Assembly: GCA_963578725.1 (NCBI GenBank)
Contig: CAUZDS010000011.1
Location: 32,304-96,303 of the forward strand
Direction of reading: 5' to 3'
DNA: 64,000 bases
Source of the DNA: Vicinamibacteria bacterium
GTDB lineage: Bacteria > Acidobacteriota > Vicinamibacteria > Vicinamibacterales > UBA8438
Part shown: piece after piece, positions 47,666 to 58,490 of the stretch
How the letters are laid out: each line of letters starts with the position of its first letter
How positions within the stretch are numbered: the stretch's first letter is position 1
The notes under the pieces: generated by a model
Seen by the model: only the letters and a program-made list of their open reading frames with translations
What the model was told of the DNA's origin: nothing
Database searches by the model: none
Program-made: the position numbers and the translations under genes

Positions 47666-50388
47666 GGCGCCAGCTCCATCAGAATTTGCTCGAGCTGCTG
47701 GCGGCGCCGCTGGACGGCCTGCTGCTGCGCCTCCGCCTCGACGACCACCTCGGGCATCGCCCGCTCACGGAACTTCGGGTTCCCCAGCTTCCCGTCCAGC
47801 GAGCCTAGCTGCTTGGCGATCTTGTCGAGCTCGCGCCGCACACGCGCGGTTTCGGCGGCCTTGTCGATAACGCCGGCCAACGGCAGATAGAGACGCATCT
47901 GCCGGACGACGCGCCGCACCATGTCGCTGCTACGCTCGACGGCGTCGGTGAAGGCCAACGACTCCAGACCGGCGAGCCGACGCACGTAGTCCCCATGCGC
48001 GTCGAACACCCCTCGAACTTCGGGATCAGCACCCTCGACCAGTACAGTCAGCTTTCTCGATGGCGGCACTCTGAGCTCTGCCCGCACGGTCCGAACGGTC
48101 GTAATGACCTCCTGCAAAAGCTCCATCACCGCCACCGCCGCGTCGTCGGACCAGGCCGGCATCTCCTCAGGATACGCGGCCCGGGTGATCGTACGGGCCC
48201 GACCGTCCGGTGTTCGCCCGTCGGCCGGATCCTGCGGCAGGATCTGCCAGATCTCTTCGGTCAGAAACGGCATGAACGGATGCAACAGACGGAGGACACC
48301 GTCGTGCGCAGCGCACAGTACCGCGACCGCCCGGTCCCGCTCCGCCCCGTCCGCTTGCAGGTGCGGTTTGACTAGCTCGATGTACCAGTCCGCGTACTCA
48401 TGCCAGATGAAGTGATAGAGCCGGTCTGCCGCGACGTCGAACCGGTAGCTTTCGAGCGCCCGCCCCAGCTCGCCGGCCAGACGGCTAACCCGATGCAGGA
48501 TCCAACGGTGGATGGTCTCCAACTCCTCGAAGGGCGGCAGGACGGGGCGTTCGGTCAACGACTCCGGTAGGTTCATCAAAACGAACCTGGAGACGTTCCA
48601 GATCTTGTTCACGAACTGCCGATAGCCACGCAGCCGCCCCTCGGACAGCGAGATGTCCATTCCCGGGGAGGCGAGCGCAGCGAGTGTGAAGCGGAAAGCA
48701 TCGGCACCGATCTCGTCCATTACCCGGAGCGGGTTGACAACGTTGCCCTTGGACTTGCTCATCTTCTGCCCGTGCGCGTCGCGCACCAGTGACGTGATGT
48801 AGACCGTCCTGAACGGGACCTGACCGGTAAACTTCAGCCCGAGCATCATCATCCGCGCCACCCAGAAAAAGATGATGTCGAGCCCCGTGATCATCACGCT
48901 CGTCGGGTAGTAGCGCGCGAGGTCGGCCGTCCGGTCCGGCCACCCCATGGTGCTAAACGGCCAGAGCCCCGAGCTGAACCAGGTATCCAGCACGTCCGTG
49001 TCCTGGCGCAGCGCACCGCCGCACGCGCACTTGACCGGAGTCTCCTCCTCGACGACCACCGCGCCACACTGGTCGCAGTACCAGGCGGGCACCCGGTGTC
49101 CCCACCAGAGCTGGCGCGAAATACACCAGTCGTGAATGTTGGTCATCCAGTCGAAGTAGATGCGGGCCCAATTATCCGGCACGAAGCAGGTCCGGCCATC
49201 CTTGACCGCCGCGATCGCCGGCTCCGCCAACGGCCTGATGCGCACGAACCACTGCGTCGAGACGAGGGGCTCGACCACCGTGTTGCAGCGGCTGCAGTGT
49301 CCCACCGCGTGAGTGTAGTCCTCCGTCTTCTCGAGCAGACCGTCCGCCGTCAGCCGTTCGACCAGGGCGCGGCGCGCCGCGAACCGATCGTAGCCGGCAA
49401 AGGGACCCGCCTCGGCGGTCATCCGGCCGTCCTCGTCGATCACGGCAATCTGCGGCAGATCGTGGCGCTTCCCGATCTCGAAGTCGTTTGGATCGTGCGC
49501 GGGCGTGACCTTGACGGCGCCGGTGCCAAACCCGGCGTCGACGAACGCATCGGCGATCACGGTGAGCTCCCGGCCGATGACCGGGAGCCGGAGCCGCTGC
49601 CCCACGATCTCCCGGTAGCGGTCGTCGTCGGGATGCACTGCCACAGCCGTGTCACCCAGCATGGTCTCGGGCCGCGTCGTCGCCACGGTCACGACACCGT
49701 CGCCCTCCACCGCCGGGTACCGGATGTGATACAGCTTGCCTTTCCGATCGGTGTGCACCACCTCGAGATCGGACAGCGCCGTGCGACAGCGCGGGCACCA
49801 GTTGACGATGTACTTGCCGCGATAGATCAGCCCCTCACGAAACAGCGTGACGAAGACCCGTCGCACGGCCCGCGACAGATCCTCATCGAGCGTGAACCGC
49901 TCGCGACTCCAGTCGACCGACGAACCCAGCGTCCGCATCTGCGTCGCGATCGTGCTGTGGCTCTGCCGGCTCCACTCCCAGACGCGCGCCTCAAACGCCT
50001 CGCGACCCAGCTCGTGCCGGTTGGTCCCCTCCTCGGCGAGCTGTTTCTCGACGACGTTCTGGGTAGCGATCCCGGCGTGATCGGTCCCGGGCAGCCACAA
50101 CACGTCGTGGCCAGTCATCCGCTTCCACCGACAGATGATGTCGGGCAAGGTCTGATTGAGGGCGTGCCCGATATGTAGCACACCCGTGACGTTGGGCGGC
50201 GGCAGCACCATACTGAAGACGGGACGCGTTGAAGCGGGGTCGGCCCGGAAGGCGCCGGTCGACTCCCAGAAGGCGTACCACTTGGGGTCGACGGTCGCGT
50301 GTTCGAACACCCTGGCCAGCTCACGCATGCCTCTCATGGTATCAAGCCGGTGGGTGCGCCCGGCCTGGGGTTGCTCCGAGACGGGCAT
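47662..50388 (-). CDS. valS: Valine--tRNA ligase
   Basis: [24 protein letters not shown], and a C-terminal coiled coil. Confidence 0.95.
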   Translation of the reverse strand: MPVSEQPQAGRTHRLDTMRGMRELARVFEHATVDPKWYAFWESTGAFRADPASTRPVFSMVLPPPNVTGVLHIGHALNQTLPDIICRWKRMTGHDVLWLPGTDHAGIATQNVVEKQLAEEGTNRHELGREAFEARVWEWSRQSHSTIATQMRTLGSSVDWSRERFTLDEDLSRAVRRVFVTLFREGLIYRGKYIVNWCPRCRTALSDLEVVHTDRKGKLYHIRYPAVEGDGVVTVATTRPETMLGDTAVAVHPDDDRYREIVGQRLRLPVIGRELTVIADAFVDAGFGTGAVKVTPAHDPNDFEIGKRHDLPQIAVIDEDGRMTAEAGPFAGYDRFAARRALVERLTADGLLEKTEDYTHAVGHCSRCNTVVEPLVSTQWFVRIRPLAEPAIAAVKDGRTCFVPDNWARIYFDWMTNIHDWCISRQLWWGHRVPAWYCDQCGAVVVEEETPVKCACGGALRQDTDVLDTWFSSGLWPFSTMGWPDRTADLARYYPTSVMITGLDIIFFWVARMMMLGLKFTGQVPFRTVYITSLVRDAHGQKMSKSKGNVVNPLRVMDEIGADAFRFTLAALASPGMDISLSEGRLRGYRQFVNKIWNVSRFVLMNLPESLTERPVLPPFEELETIHRWILHRVSRLAGELGRALESYRFDVAADRLYHFIWHEYADWYIELVKPHLQADGAERDRAVAVLCAAHDGVLRLLHPFMPFLTEEIWQILPQDPADGRTPDGRARTITRAAYPEEMPAWSDDAAVAVMELLQEVITTVRTVRAELRVPPSRKLTVLVEGADPEVRGVFDAHGDYVRRLAGLESLAFTDAVERSSDMVRRVVRQMRLYLPLAGVIDKAAETARVRRELDKIAKQLGSLDGKLGNPKFRERAMPEVVVEAEAQQQAVQRRRQQLEQILMELAP

Positions 50389-50612
50389 GGGCGCTGGTCC
50401 TGACCGGTAGCCGACACGCCGCCGGCACGCGGACGCTGGGCGCCCGTGGTGAAGATCCGCGTCGCACCGAGGCCGATGCTACGCCCAGCTGACCGGGCGC
50501 GACGCGGAAAAATAATGGGCATTCGTGACCGAGAAGCAACGCCGTCAGACGGGATGTGGTGCCGGCAATGCTGTCAAGACATCGTGGGACCCACCACTGG
50601 AGCCTCCGTCCG

Positions 50613-51716
50613 TCACACCTCCGTGATCCGATCAATCTGTTCGCGCACCAGCCTCTCGGCAACACGAGCGACGACCTCGGTTACCAGGTCATTGGTCACG
50701 CCAGTGGTCAAACGGGCGATGACCCGTTCGGTCACCTGCTCGACTAGCTCCTCGCTCACGCCGGCCGGCGCGGCCGGCGTGGGCCAGGGATAGAGCGTCC
50801 GGACACGATCCACGCCACCCTGCTCCGCAGCGAGGAGCGACGCGAAGGCCTCGGCCAGCGAGGGTGGTGCTGTTTGCGCCAGCGGCGGCGCCGGGGGGCC
50901 GGCCGGACGTAGCGGCACCGGACCGGACACGGCGACCGGCACTGGTGGCGTCGGCGTGGGAATCGCGACCGGAGGCGGCGTCGCAGTCACCGAGATCGGC
51001 GCGATCACGACGTCGGACGGCGGCTTCGGCGGCGATACTGGTGCCGGGACCGGTGCCGCATGAAGCGCGGGCACGGGTTCGACGGTGGGCGGTGAATCAG
51101 TCGCCGGCGGAGCCCCGGCTGGCGCCACGGCTGCCGGCGCGGTCTCAGGCGCCGAATCCGACCGCTCCGGGGGACCTGGCAAATCCAACGCCGCAGGCCG
51201 AGGGGCAGGGGCGTCACCCTGCACCGGCTCGAGCAGTTCGAACGCCTCGTCTATCTTGTCCAGGTAGTCGCCGGTGTCCCGGGCAAGCTCGGCGCGCACC
51301 GTAGGGACCTCCGTGGCGGGTCGCGCATGACGCTGGACGCCGACTGTCCGCTCGCCGAGCAACTCCCGCACCCGGTTGACAACGGCCTGTGGCTCGAACG
51401 GTTTGACCAGCACGGCGTCGCAGCCAGCCTGCCGAACTCGATCCCCGTCGACCGGCTCGAACGCCCCGGTCAGCAGCACGACCGGAATGTGCTCCAGCGC
51501 CGGGTCCTCCTTGATGAATGTCGAGACGTCGTACCCATCACGCTCCGGCATCCCGGTGTCGGCGAGCACGATGTCCGGCGGATCCGCCTTAATACGATCA
51601 ATCGCCTGCTGTCCGTCCCCAACCGCGATCACGCGGATATCCTCGTCGGCGAACGTCAACTCGATCACACGCTGAATGGTGACGCTGTCATCGGCAAGTA
51701 ACAGTGTGTGTGCCAT
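50613..51716 (-). CDS. Response regulator receiver protein with a Pro/Ala-rich linker and a short conserved-looking C-terminal helical segment
   Basis: LLLADDSVTIQRV...DIVLADTGMPERDGY...LVKPF receiver domain, then about 170 aa of low complexity, then EELVEQVTERVIARLTTGVTNDLVTEVVARVAERLVREQIDRI. Confidence 0.75.
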   Translation of the reverse strand: MAHTLLLADDSVTIQRVIELTFADEDIRVIAVGDGQQAIDRIKADPPDIVLADTGMPERDGYDVSTFIKEDPALEHIPVVLLTGAFEPVDGDRVRQAGCDAVLVKPFEPQAVVNRVRELLGERTVGVQRHARPATEVPTVRAELARDTGDYLDKIDEAFELLEPVQGDAPAPRPAALDLPGPPERSDSAPETAPAAVAPAGAPPATDSPPTVEPVPALHAAPVPAPVSPPKPPSDVVIAPISVTATPPPVAIPTPTPPVPVAVSGPVPLRPAGPPAPPLAQTAPPSLAEAFASLLAAEQGGVDRVRTLYPWPTPAAPAGVSEELVEQVTERVIARLTTGVTNDLVTEVVARVAERLVREQIDRITEV

Positions 51717-51760
51717 AGATTTGCCAGATCGCACCTGGGTAATTCATATAAGTTTAGTTT

Positions 51761-52195
51761 TCACAGTTGCTTAGATGGTTTTTGTAGCCCCGAAACTGGC
51801 GCGTCACGCCGGCGGTGCTCCCGGATGAAGCGAACGATGTCTCTCATAGACGTTCCGGGCTGAAACACCCCCTGGATCCCGATCGCCAGAAGCCCCGGCA
51901 GGTCCGCGTCGGGAATGATGCCACCGACCACCACGAGCACATCGTCAAGGTCCTTCTCTCGCAGCAGCTCCATAACCCGCGCGCAGATCTGGTTATGGGC
52001 GCCGGAGAGAATCGATAGACCGATGACCTCCGCATCCTCCTGGAGCGCGGCCTCCACGATCTGCTCGGGTGTCTGGCGCAACCCCGTGTAGATGACCTCC
52101 ATTCCCTCGTCGCGCAGCGCGCGCACGATCACCTTCGCACCCCGATCGTGCCCATCGAGGCCTGGTTTCGCAATAATGACGCGGACCGTGTCCAT
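51761..52195 (-). CDS. Methylmalonyl-CoA mutase B12-binding (C-terminal domain) subunit
   Basis: [14 protein letters not shown] (DxHxxG) and GLSILSGAH. Confidence 0.8.
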   Translation of the reverse strand: MDTVRVIIAKPGLDGHDRGAKVIVRALRDEGMEVIYTGLRQTPEQIVEAALQEDAEVIGLSILSGAHNQICARVMELLREKDLDDVLVVVGGIIPDADLPGLLAIGIQGVFQPGTSMRDIVRFIREHRRRDAPVSGLQKPSKQL

Positions 52196-52305
52196 GGTCC
52201 CTCAGGAAGCGGGAGAACGCCATCGGGTCTGCCCCGGCGGAACCGAGCGGAAGCGTGCAACCGGCGACGACGCGACCCGTCCCGCGGCAGACGAACAGTC
52301 GAACG

Positions 52306-54459
52306 TCATCCCAGGATGCGAAACGCCACGAGTGTGGTCGCCGCATCATCGCCAGAAACGGCCGAGAGCTCGATCAGGTAGTCCCCCCTCGGGAACGGTG
52401 CCAGCTGCAGCATCAGCTGGTGCGGTTCACTGGGCGACGGCTGCTCGACGGGCAGCTCCAGCATCGACGTGCCCTCCCGATTCAACAAACGCGCCGTAAC
52501 CGCCGGCCGGCCATCGGCGGGCATGTATGCCTCGACACGCACCAGCAGTTGGTCGGTGCGGCGAAAGAGGCGGGTCGCGGTCGGCAGCGCCTCCGGCTCG
52601 GCGACGAACTGTCGCATCTGGAGAGCATTCTGCGCCCGCAGCACCACCGGGGTGCTCAGGGCGACGTCGGTGCCGGTGAAGTCGGGAATCGTCACTTCGT
52701 CCACCGCCCGGTCAATCACGTCGCCGTACTCATCCTCGATCGCAACGTTGAGCTCGAGCGCGCCCGGGTCGGCCATGAATTCAGCCCGCGGCGCATCGTT
52801 CCCTCGCTCACGCACTGGCCCGCGGAAATACGCGCCGCTGTCGCTCATGGCCATCAGCATCACCTGCGACGCCGACTCACGAGCTTGACTCTGGTTCGCG
52901 ATCGGCTCCCAGACGAATGTCACCCAGGTTTTCCCGTCATCGCCACGCCGCACGCCGACCCAGGTGCGCACCAGACGGCCGCGTGTCGGCTCAGCCAATC
53001 CGGCCAAGGCCGTCTCGACTGCCCTCGGCGGATCCGCCTTCGGTGCCAGCAGGCGCGCGGCGTTCTCCTCGGTCAGGGCGTAGTACCCCTTCCGTGCCCG
53101 CACGTTGACTTCGGACCGCGTCACCCGTACCGTGACTTCGTGAAACTGCCCGTCGGTGGCGGCTTCCGAGGAAGTGTAGCCAAGCAGGTAATACGCGCTC
53201 TGGTCGCGGACGATCTGCGCTAGACCCGTCGACACATCGTTGCGGTTGACAATCGCGCGCCCGTCGGTCTCTTCCGCGAGGAGATACAGGGTGTCTTGCA
53301 GATCGCGCAAGATCCGGTTGTCGGTCTGCGCCCCGATCAACGGCGTGCTCAGGTCAAATTCGTTCGCTGCCAGCCCCCGCGGATCGACCATGTAAAAGCT
53401 TGTGTTGTTCTTGTTCGCCACGTCGGCGACGTACAGCAGGTCCGTCCGCGTCGCCGAGCTCTCGAAGAACTGTGCCGTCTGCTCCGCGCGGCTGTCGCCA
53501 GCCAGCGGGTCGCTGCGCTGGGGATTGCGGAAGCCGGCAGCGCCCAGATCGCGTAGCTGGGGCGGAACGTAGTTCGAGTAGCCCTCACTCAACACGATGA
53601 CCGACTTACGCCCCTCACGCAGCCCGCCCAGATGGATCGCCAGCGCCTTGAGCGCCGACAGACTCACGTCGTTTCGGATCGTCTCAACCGTCGTCGGCGG
53701 GTAGTAGGCGTATTCCTGCTCGTAGGTGTTGCGCGCCTCATACTTGTACTTTCGGCCTTCGAACGCCTGGAGGGCCCGCACGACCTGCGCGTGGTCCCGC
53801 GTCAGCCGCACGTCGAAGAGCGGTGTCAGCGGATACATGATCGCCACTAGATCGGTCGGCGCGAGCTGTTTCTCCACGAATTCCACCAGCGGCGCCGTCA
53901 TCCGCGTGGCGTTGTAGTCGCGCACATGGTAGTCGTCGAGGAAGAAGACGAAGATACGTGAGTCCGGCCGAGCGGCCTCTCGCTCCTGGTCATAGTCATT
54001 GCTGATACTGGACGGTGGCGGCAGCGTCGGGTCGGGAACGCCGGTAATCTCTACGAGCTGGAAAGATTCGATCTCCTGTGCGGCGTCGTCCTCGAGAATC
54101 TCGAAGTCCTCGGCCGTCAGATCGAGCACGGGGTTACCATCGTCGTCGGTGACGATCACGTCCACCCGTACGAAGTTAATCTCGGAGCGGAACACCGGCG
54201 GCTGGACCTGCTGGTCCTGAGGCTGGGTGGAAGCCGCCTCCGGCGCCGCGGGCGGCTGGGACACGTCCGTGGGCTGCGTGTCGGGGGGCTGCTGCGCAGT
54301 ACCGATCGCCGACAGCGCCATCACCAGGACCATGACGATCGACGGGGTCCACCCTGGTCGCCAGCCGACGTCCAATCGGCGCACGATGGGTCGTAATTCC
54401 CACCCCGGATTGCTGGACATGCCTGCTCTCCCTGGCCTGTTGACTATCATGGCCGCCAC
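52306..54459 (-). CDS. VWA domain protein of the acidobacterial VWFA-related type, with a long C-terminal extension
   Basis: FRSEINFVRVDVIVTDDDGNPVLDLTAEDFEILEDD...RIFVFFLDDYH resembles the VWFA-related acidobacterial domain (from memory of TIGR03436). Has a signal/TM segment. Confidence 0.7.
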   Translation of the reverse strand: MAAMIVNRPGRAGMSSNPGWELRPIVRRLDVGWRPGWTPSIVMVLVMALSAIGTAQQPPDTQPTDVSQPPAAPEAASTQPQDQQVQPPVFRSEINFVRVDVIVTDDDGNPVLDLTAEDFEILEDDAAQEIESFQLVEITGVPDPTLPPPSSISNDYDQEREAARPDSRIFVFFLDDYHVRDYNATRMTAPLVEFVEKQLAPTDLVAIMYPLTPLFDVRLTRDHAQVVRALQAFEGRKYKYEARNTYEQEYAYYPPTTVETIRNDVSLSALKALAIHLGGLREGRKSVIVLSEGYSNYVPPQLRDLGAAGFRNPQRSDPLAGDSRAEQTAQFFESSATRTDLLYVADVANKNNTSFYMVDPRGLAANEFDLSTPLIGAQTDNRILRDLQDTLYLLAEETDGRAIVNRNDVSTGLAQIVRDQSAYYLLGYTSSEAATDGQFHEVTVRVTRSEVNVRARKGYYALTEENAARLLAPKADPPRAVETALAGLAEPTRGRLVRTWVGVRRGDDGKTWVTFVWEPIANQSQARESASQVMLMAMSDSGAYFRGPVRERGNDAPRAEFMADPGALELNVAIEDEYGDVIDRAVDEVTIPDFTGTDVALSTPVVLRAQNALQMRQFVAEPEALPTATRLFRRTDQLLVRVEAYMPADGRPAVTARLLNREGTSMLELPVEQPSPSEPHQLMLQLAPFPRGDYLIELSAVSGDDAATTLVAFRILG

Positions 54460-54738
54460 GACCCATCCGAACGACGCTGACTGTTTCCAATGATATCACC
54501 GGGGTCGCAGGCCACGCGGGCCGTGTACCGGATCTCCAGGCACCGCAACGACCGCGTATGATCAGCCAGACGGGCGGCAGAGATTCGAAGCGTCTGGATC
54601 CGGATCGGGCGCCCGATCGTCTGGTATCAGGGGAGCGACGCATGCTGGCCGACAATCCGGCCGAGATCTACGAGGGCGCGTGGAAAGTGCAAGGGCTGAT
54701 CATCGCGGCGGGCGTCCTCGGCGAGCGTTGACCGGATC

Positions 54739-55242
54739 TCAGTCCGTGCCGGACGCCAGCCGAGCAAAGATCGGTGTAAGTCGCTTCAGGGTTTGCAACG
54801 GTAACTCGGGCACGATCCGGGTCGACCCTACGACAGTCATGAAGTTGGTGTCGCCGTCCCAGCGCGGCACGACGTGCATATGAAGATGCCCCGGGACACC
54901 GGCGCCAGCCGGCCGACCCAGATTAATCCCCATGTTCAGCCCGTGCGGCCGATACGCCTCGGTCAAGGCGATCTCGGCGCGGCGCGTCATCGTCATCAAT
55001 TCGGTCAGCTCCTGACGCGACGCCTCGGCGAGCGACCCGATGTGGCGGTTCGGCAACACCATGACGTGACCGTTGTTATAGGGATAGAGATTGATTACGA
55101 CGAAGCAGGCCTGCCCGCGTGTCACAACCAGGGACTCAGGCTCGCTGCTGGCCAGGGCGCTGCAGAACACACAGCCGTCGCTCGGCGCCTCGGCCGCACC
55201 GGTCAAGTAGTCAAACCTCCAAGGGGACCAGAGTCGTTCCAC
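54739..55242 (-). CDS. HIT family nucleotide hydrolase/transferase
   Basis: Histidine triad GHLHMHVVPRW, plus NLYPYNNGHVMV. Confidence 0.85.
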   Translation of the reverse strand: MERLWSPWRFDYLTGAAEAPSDGCVFCSALASSEPESLVVTRGQACFVVINLYPYNNGHVMVLPNRHIGSLAEASRQELTELMTMTRRAEIALTEAYRPHGLNMGINLGRPAGAGVPGHLHMHVVPRWDGDTNFMTVVGSTRIVPELPLQTLKRLTPIFARLASGTD

Positions 55243-55332
55243 GCCGAATCGGGAGCCGCCGGGGACGCACGCCAGATGCCGCCGGCCTCCTGTCTCCTGA
55301 CGCCCTGGGTGTACTGAGCTGATCAGTCAGTA

Positions 55333-55677
55333 TCACGTGATACTGGAATCGGGCACGGGCGGTGGCACCGCCGACGAGTCCTGCGAGGAACCCGGCGGCG
55401 GCTCCCGGTTGATCAGTTCCTTGAGCTCCTTGCCTGGCTTGAAGAAGGGCACCCTCTTGGGTGGCACGTCGACTCGATCGCCGGTCTTGGGGTTTCGCCC
55501 CTTTCTCGGTTCGCGCTGGCGCAGACGGAAGCTCCCGAACCCACGCAGCTCGATCTTCTCGCCGCGACGCAGAGCGGTGATAATGCTGCGGAAGACCGTG
55601 TCGACGACCACCTCCGAGTGTTTCTTGGTCAGATCAGCAACTCGAGACACCTGCTCGACCAGCGCCGCCTTGGTCAT
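55333..55677 (-). CDS. ihfB: Integration host factor / HU family DNA-binding protein (IHF beta-like)
   Basis: RGFGSFRLRQREPRKGRNPKTGDRVDVPPKRVPFFKPGKELK. Conserved cmk-rpsA-ihfB order. ATG at 55677. Confidence 0.8.
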   Translation of the reverse strand: MTKAALVEQVSRVADLTKKHSEVVVDTVFRSIITALRRGEKIELRGFGSFRLRQREPRKGRNPKTGDRVDVPPKRVPFFKPGKELKELINREPPPGSSQDSSAVPPPVPDSSIT

Positions 55678-55788
55678 GCTCCCGCCTGCTGCCAAGATCG
55701 CCCTCTCGCCTGGTAGTCCGACCAGCGCCGGCGGCCGGCGGCCGGCGACGCGCACCTCGGTCCGCGCCGGTGTCGTGACGACGCCAGG

Positions 55789-57543
55789 CTACTCAGCCTG
55801 GTTCTTGAAGTGATCGCCGAGCGTCACCTCCGGTGACCCGGACTCGGCGCCATACGACTCCCAGTCTGTCTCGTAGTCGTCCGACTTCAGGGCGCGGATG
55901 CTCAGACCGATCTTCCGCTCGCTGGGGCTGAGCTTGATGATCTTCATGCTCGTGACCTCGCCGACCTTCAACTCCACCATGTCCTGCCCCCCACCGGCGT
56001 CAAACTCCGACACATGGATGAGCCCCTCGATACCCTCGGCCAGCTCCACGAACGCGCCGAAGTTTGTGATCCGCGCCACCGTGCCCTCGACGACCGCCCC
56101 GACCTTGTGATTTTCGAAGAACTCGTCCCAGATGTCCGTCGCCAACTGCTTCAGCCCAAGCGAGAGCCGCTGGTTGTCCGGGTCGACGTTTAGCACCATC
56201 GCCTCGACCTCGTCTCCCTTCTTGAGGACCTCGGATGGATGCTTCAACCGCTTGCTCCACGACATGTCCGAAATATGGATGAGCCCGTCGATGCCCTCCT
56301 CGACCTCCACGAACGCTCCGAACTCGGTAAGGTTACGAACCTTGCCCTTCAGTCGTGACCCGACTTGATAGGTGTCGGCCAACTGGTGCCACGGGTTGGA
56401 CTCGAGTTGCTTGAGACCCATGGAGATGCGCCGGGCCTGCGGGTCGATACCCAGGATCATCGATTCTACGGCATCGCCCACCGTGAGTAGTTTCGACGGG
56501 TGCTTGACCCGCTTGCTCCACGACATCTCGGATACGTGGATCAGGCCCTCGACGCCGGCCTCGAGCTCGACGAACGCGCCGTAGTCGGTCAGGCTGACCA
56601 CCTTGCCGTTCGCCCGCTCTCCCACCTTATAGCGCTCCTCGACCGCGGTCCACGGATCCGCGTGCAGCTGCTTGTAGCCCAGCGAGACTCGCTCGGTGGT
56701 CCGGTCGAACTTCAGGACGACGACATCTACTTCGTCGTTCACCTTGAACAGATCGGACGGGTGCGCGGCCCGGCCCCACGACATGTCCGTCACGTGCAGC
56801 AACCCGTCGATCCCGCCGAGGTCGATGAACGCGCCGTAGTCGGTGAGGTTCTTGACTACGCCATGCAGCACCTTCCCGTCCTCCAAGTTGGCGAGCGTAT
56901 GGGTCTTCTTCTCCGCGTTCTCCGCGTCGAGGAGCACCTTGCGGGACAGCACGATGTTGCCCCGCTTCTTGTTCACCTTGATGACACGCATGCGCAGCTC
57001 CTGACCGCGCAACGCATCGAGATTCCGTACCGGGCGCACGTCCACCTGCGAGCCAGGCAGAAAGGCCCTGACCCCTATATCAACCGCCAGCCCGCCCTTG
57101 ATCCGCTCGATGACATGGCCGATGACGACCTTCTGTTCGTCAAACGCCTTCTCGACCTCGTCCCAGATCTTCATCTTCTCGGCCTTCTCGCGCGACAGCA
57201 CGATGTGGCCGTTCCGGTCCTCAGTGCGCTCGAGCAGGACGTGAACGGTGTCCCCCGCCTGGACGATGCACTCGCGCTGCTCGTTGAAGAACTCCTGAAT
57301 CGCGATCCTTCCTTCGGACTTGTACCCGACGTCGACTACGACGTCCGACGACGTCACCTTCAGGACGGTGCCCTTGATCACTTCGCCTTCGGCGATGTTG
57401 CGGAAGCTGCCCTCGTACAGCTCGAGCAGCTCTTCGTACCCCTCCCGATCGTCGTCATCCTGATCGACCAGGAGCGTCATGGGAGCAGGTCGCGCGGTCT
57501 TCTCTTTGCCGGCAACGGTGTCGACGTCTTCTACCTTCGTCAT
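55789..57543 (-). CDS. rpsA: 30S ribosomal protein S1
   Basis: Six S1 repeats (G.V..LTD.GAF..L..G.EGL.H.SE pattern). Confidence 0.95.
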   Translation of the reverse strand: MTKVEDVDTVAGKEKTARPAPMTLLVDQDDDDREGYEELLELYEGSFRNIAEGEVIKGTVLKVTSSDVVVDVGYKSEGRIAIQEFFNEQRECIVQAGDTVHVLLERTEDRNGHIVLSREKAEKMKIWDEVEKAFDEQKVVIGHVIERIKGGLAVDIGVRAFLPGSQVDVRPVRNLDALRGQELRMRVIKVNKKRGNIVLSRKVLLDAENAEKKTHTLANLEDGKVLHGVVKNLTDYGAFIDLGGIDGLLHVTDMSWGRAAHPSDLFKVNDEVDVVVLKFDRTTERVSLGYKQLHADPWTAVEERYKVGERANGKVVSLTDYGAFVELEAGVEGLIHVSEMSWSKRVKHPSKLLTVGDAVESMILGIDPQARRISMGLKQLESNPWHQLADTYQVGSRLKGKVRNLTEFGAFVEVEEGIDGLIHISDMSWSKRLKHPSEVLKKGDEVEAMVLNVDPDNQRLSLGLKQLATDIWDEFFENHKVGAVVEGTVARITNFGAFVELAEGIEGLIHVSEFDAGGGQDMVELKVGEVTSMKIIKLSPSERKIGLSIRALKSDDYETDWESYGAESGSPEVTLGDHFKNQAE

Positions 57544-57806
57544 GGAACTGCCGGTCCTCCTCTGATCGACTCTCGCCCTGACTCACACGGTGCGACCGCC
57601 TCGACAGATGCCGACGATGGCCGCCTTGATAGGCACCACGATCGATAAACATCGACTGGCGATAAGCCTTAGACTCTACGCTAGTTATCGCCGCCCCGTC
57701 AAATGCGGCTGGCACCGGCGCCTGGTGCGCCGATCGCACGGTCGCGTGTGGCCGGCGGACGCCGATGCGCCCGCGTGCCACGCTATCTTACGATCACTGG
57801 GCTCGG

Positions 57807-58490
57807 TCAGGACCGGGCGGCGAGCCGTTCCTGCACGATGCGAAGCACCTGTTTCACAACCGCCTCCAGCGGTACCCCGCTCGTATCTACGCGCACCGCG
57901 TCACCGGCCATCACGAGTGGCGAGCTCTCCCGCGTGCGGTCCGAGTGATCCCGGGCCTCGAGCGCGCTGGCCACGTCAGAGAGCGCCGTCGTGGCGTCCC
58001 CCAGGCCGTGGGCCGGATCTGAGGCGCGGCGCGATGCGCGCTCCTCGGGGGACGCATCCAGGTAGATCTTCACATCGGCTGCGGGAAAGACGGTGGTGCC
58101 GATATCGCGACCCTCCATGACGAGCCCGCCCCCCGCGGCATAGGCCCGCTGCCGCCGCACGAGCACCTCTCGAACGGAGGGCATCCTGGCGACGCGGGCC
58201 GCCGCGGCGTCGATCTCCGCCGTCCGGATGGCACGCGTGACGAGGTGGCCCTCGACCCTCACGATCCGGTCGTCCAGAGCAAGCTCTACCCGCTCGGCCA
58301 GCGCGCGCACGGCCGGCTCATCGTCGAGCGCGAGGCCCTCGTGGGTGGCCATCCAGGCCACCGCCCGATACATCGACCCGGTGTCGACATGCCGGCACCC
58401 GAGCGCGGTGGCGATGGCCCGCGAGACGCTCCCCTTGCCGGCACCGGAGGGGCCGTCGATCGCGATAACCGGATCCTGTCCCATCCTCAT
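57807..58490 (-). CDS. cmk: Cytidylate kinase
   Basis: VIAIDGPSGAGKGSVSRAIA...VDTGSMYRA. ATG at 58490 gives an ATGA overlap with the rluB stop. The ORF-track start at 58772 is an out-of-context extension. Confidence 0.9.
   Translation of the reverse strand: MRMGQDPVIAIDGPSGAGKGSVSRAIATALGCRHVDTGSMYRAVAWMATHEGLALDDEPAVRALAERVELALDDRIVRVEGHLVTRAIRTAEIDAAAARVARMPSVREVLVRRQRAYAAGGGLVMEGRDIGTTVFPAADVKIYLDASPEERASRRASDPAHGLGDATTALSDVASALEARDHSDRTRESSPLVMAGDAVRVDTSGVPLEAVVKQVLRIVQERLAARS

Noticed and set aside
50586-50600. AGUGGUGGGUCCC resembling the T-box GGUGGUACCGCG core upstream of valS
   Set aside because: The match is poor. There is no specifier-loop or antiterminator architecture. It lies upstream of the likely valS promoter, right after the preceding stop codon.
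54642-54731. 29-codon plus-strand ORF (MLADNPAEIYEGAWKVQGLIIAAGVLGER) with an upstream GGGGAG
   Set aside because: It is too short, has no homology cue, and runs convergent into the HIT gene end. It is kept only as a note in the palindrome finding.
56500-57648. 382-aa plus-strand ORF
   Set aside because: It is antisense to rpsA, whose six S1 repeats are unambiguous. This is a shadow ORF.
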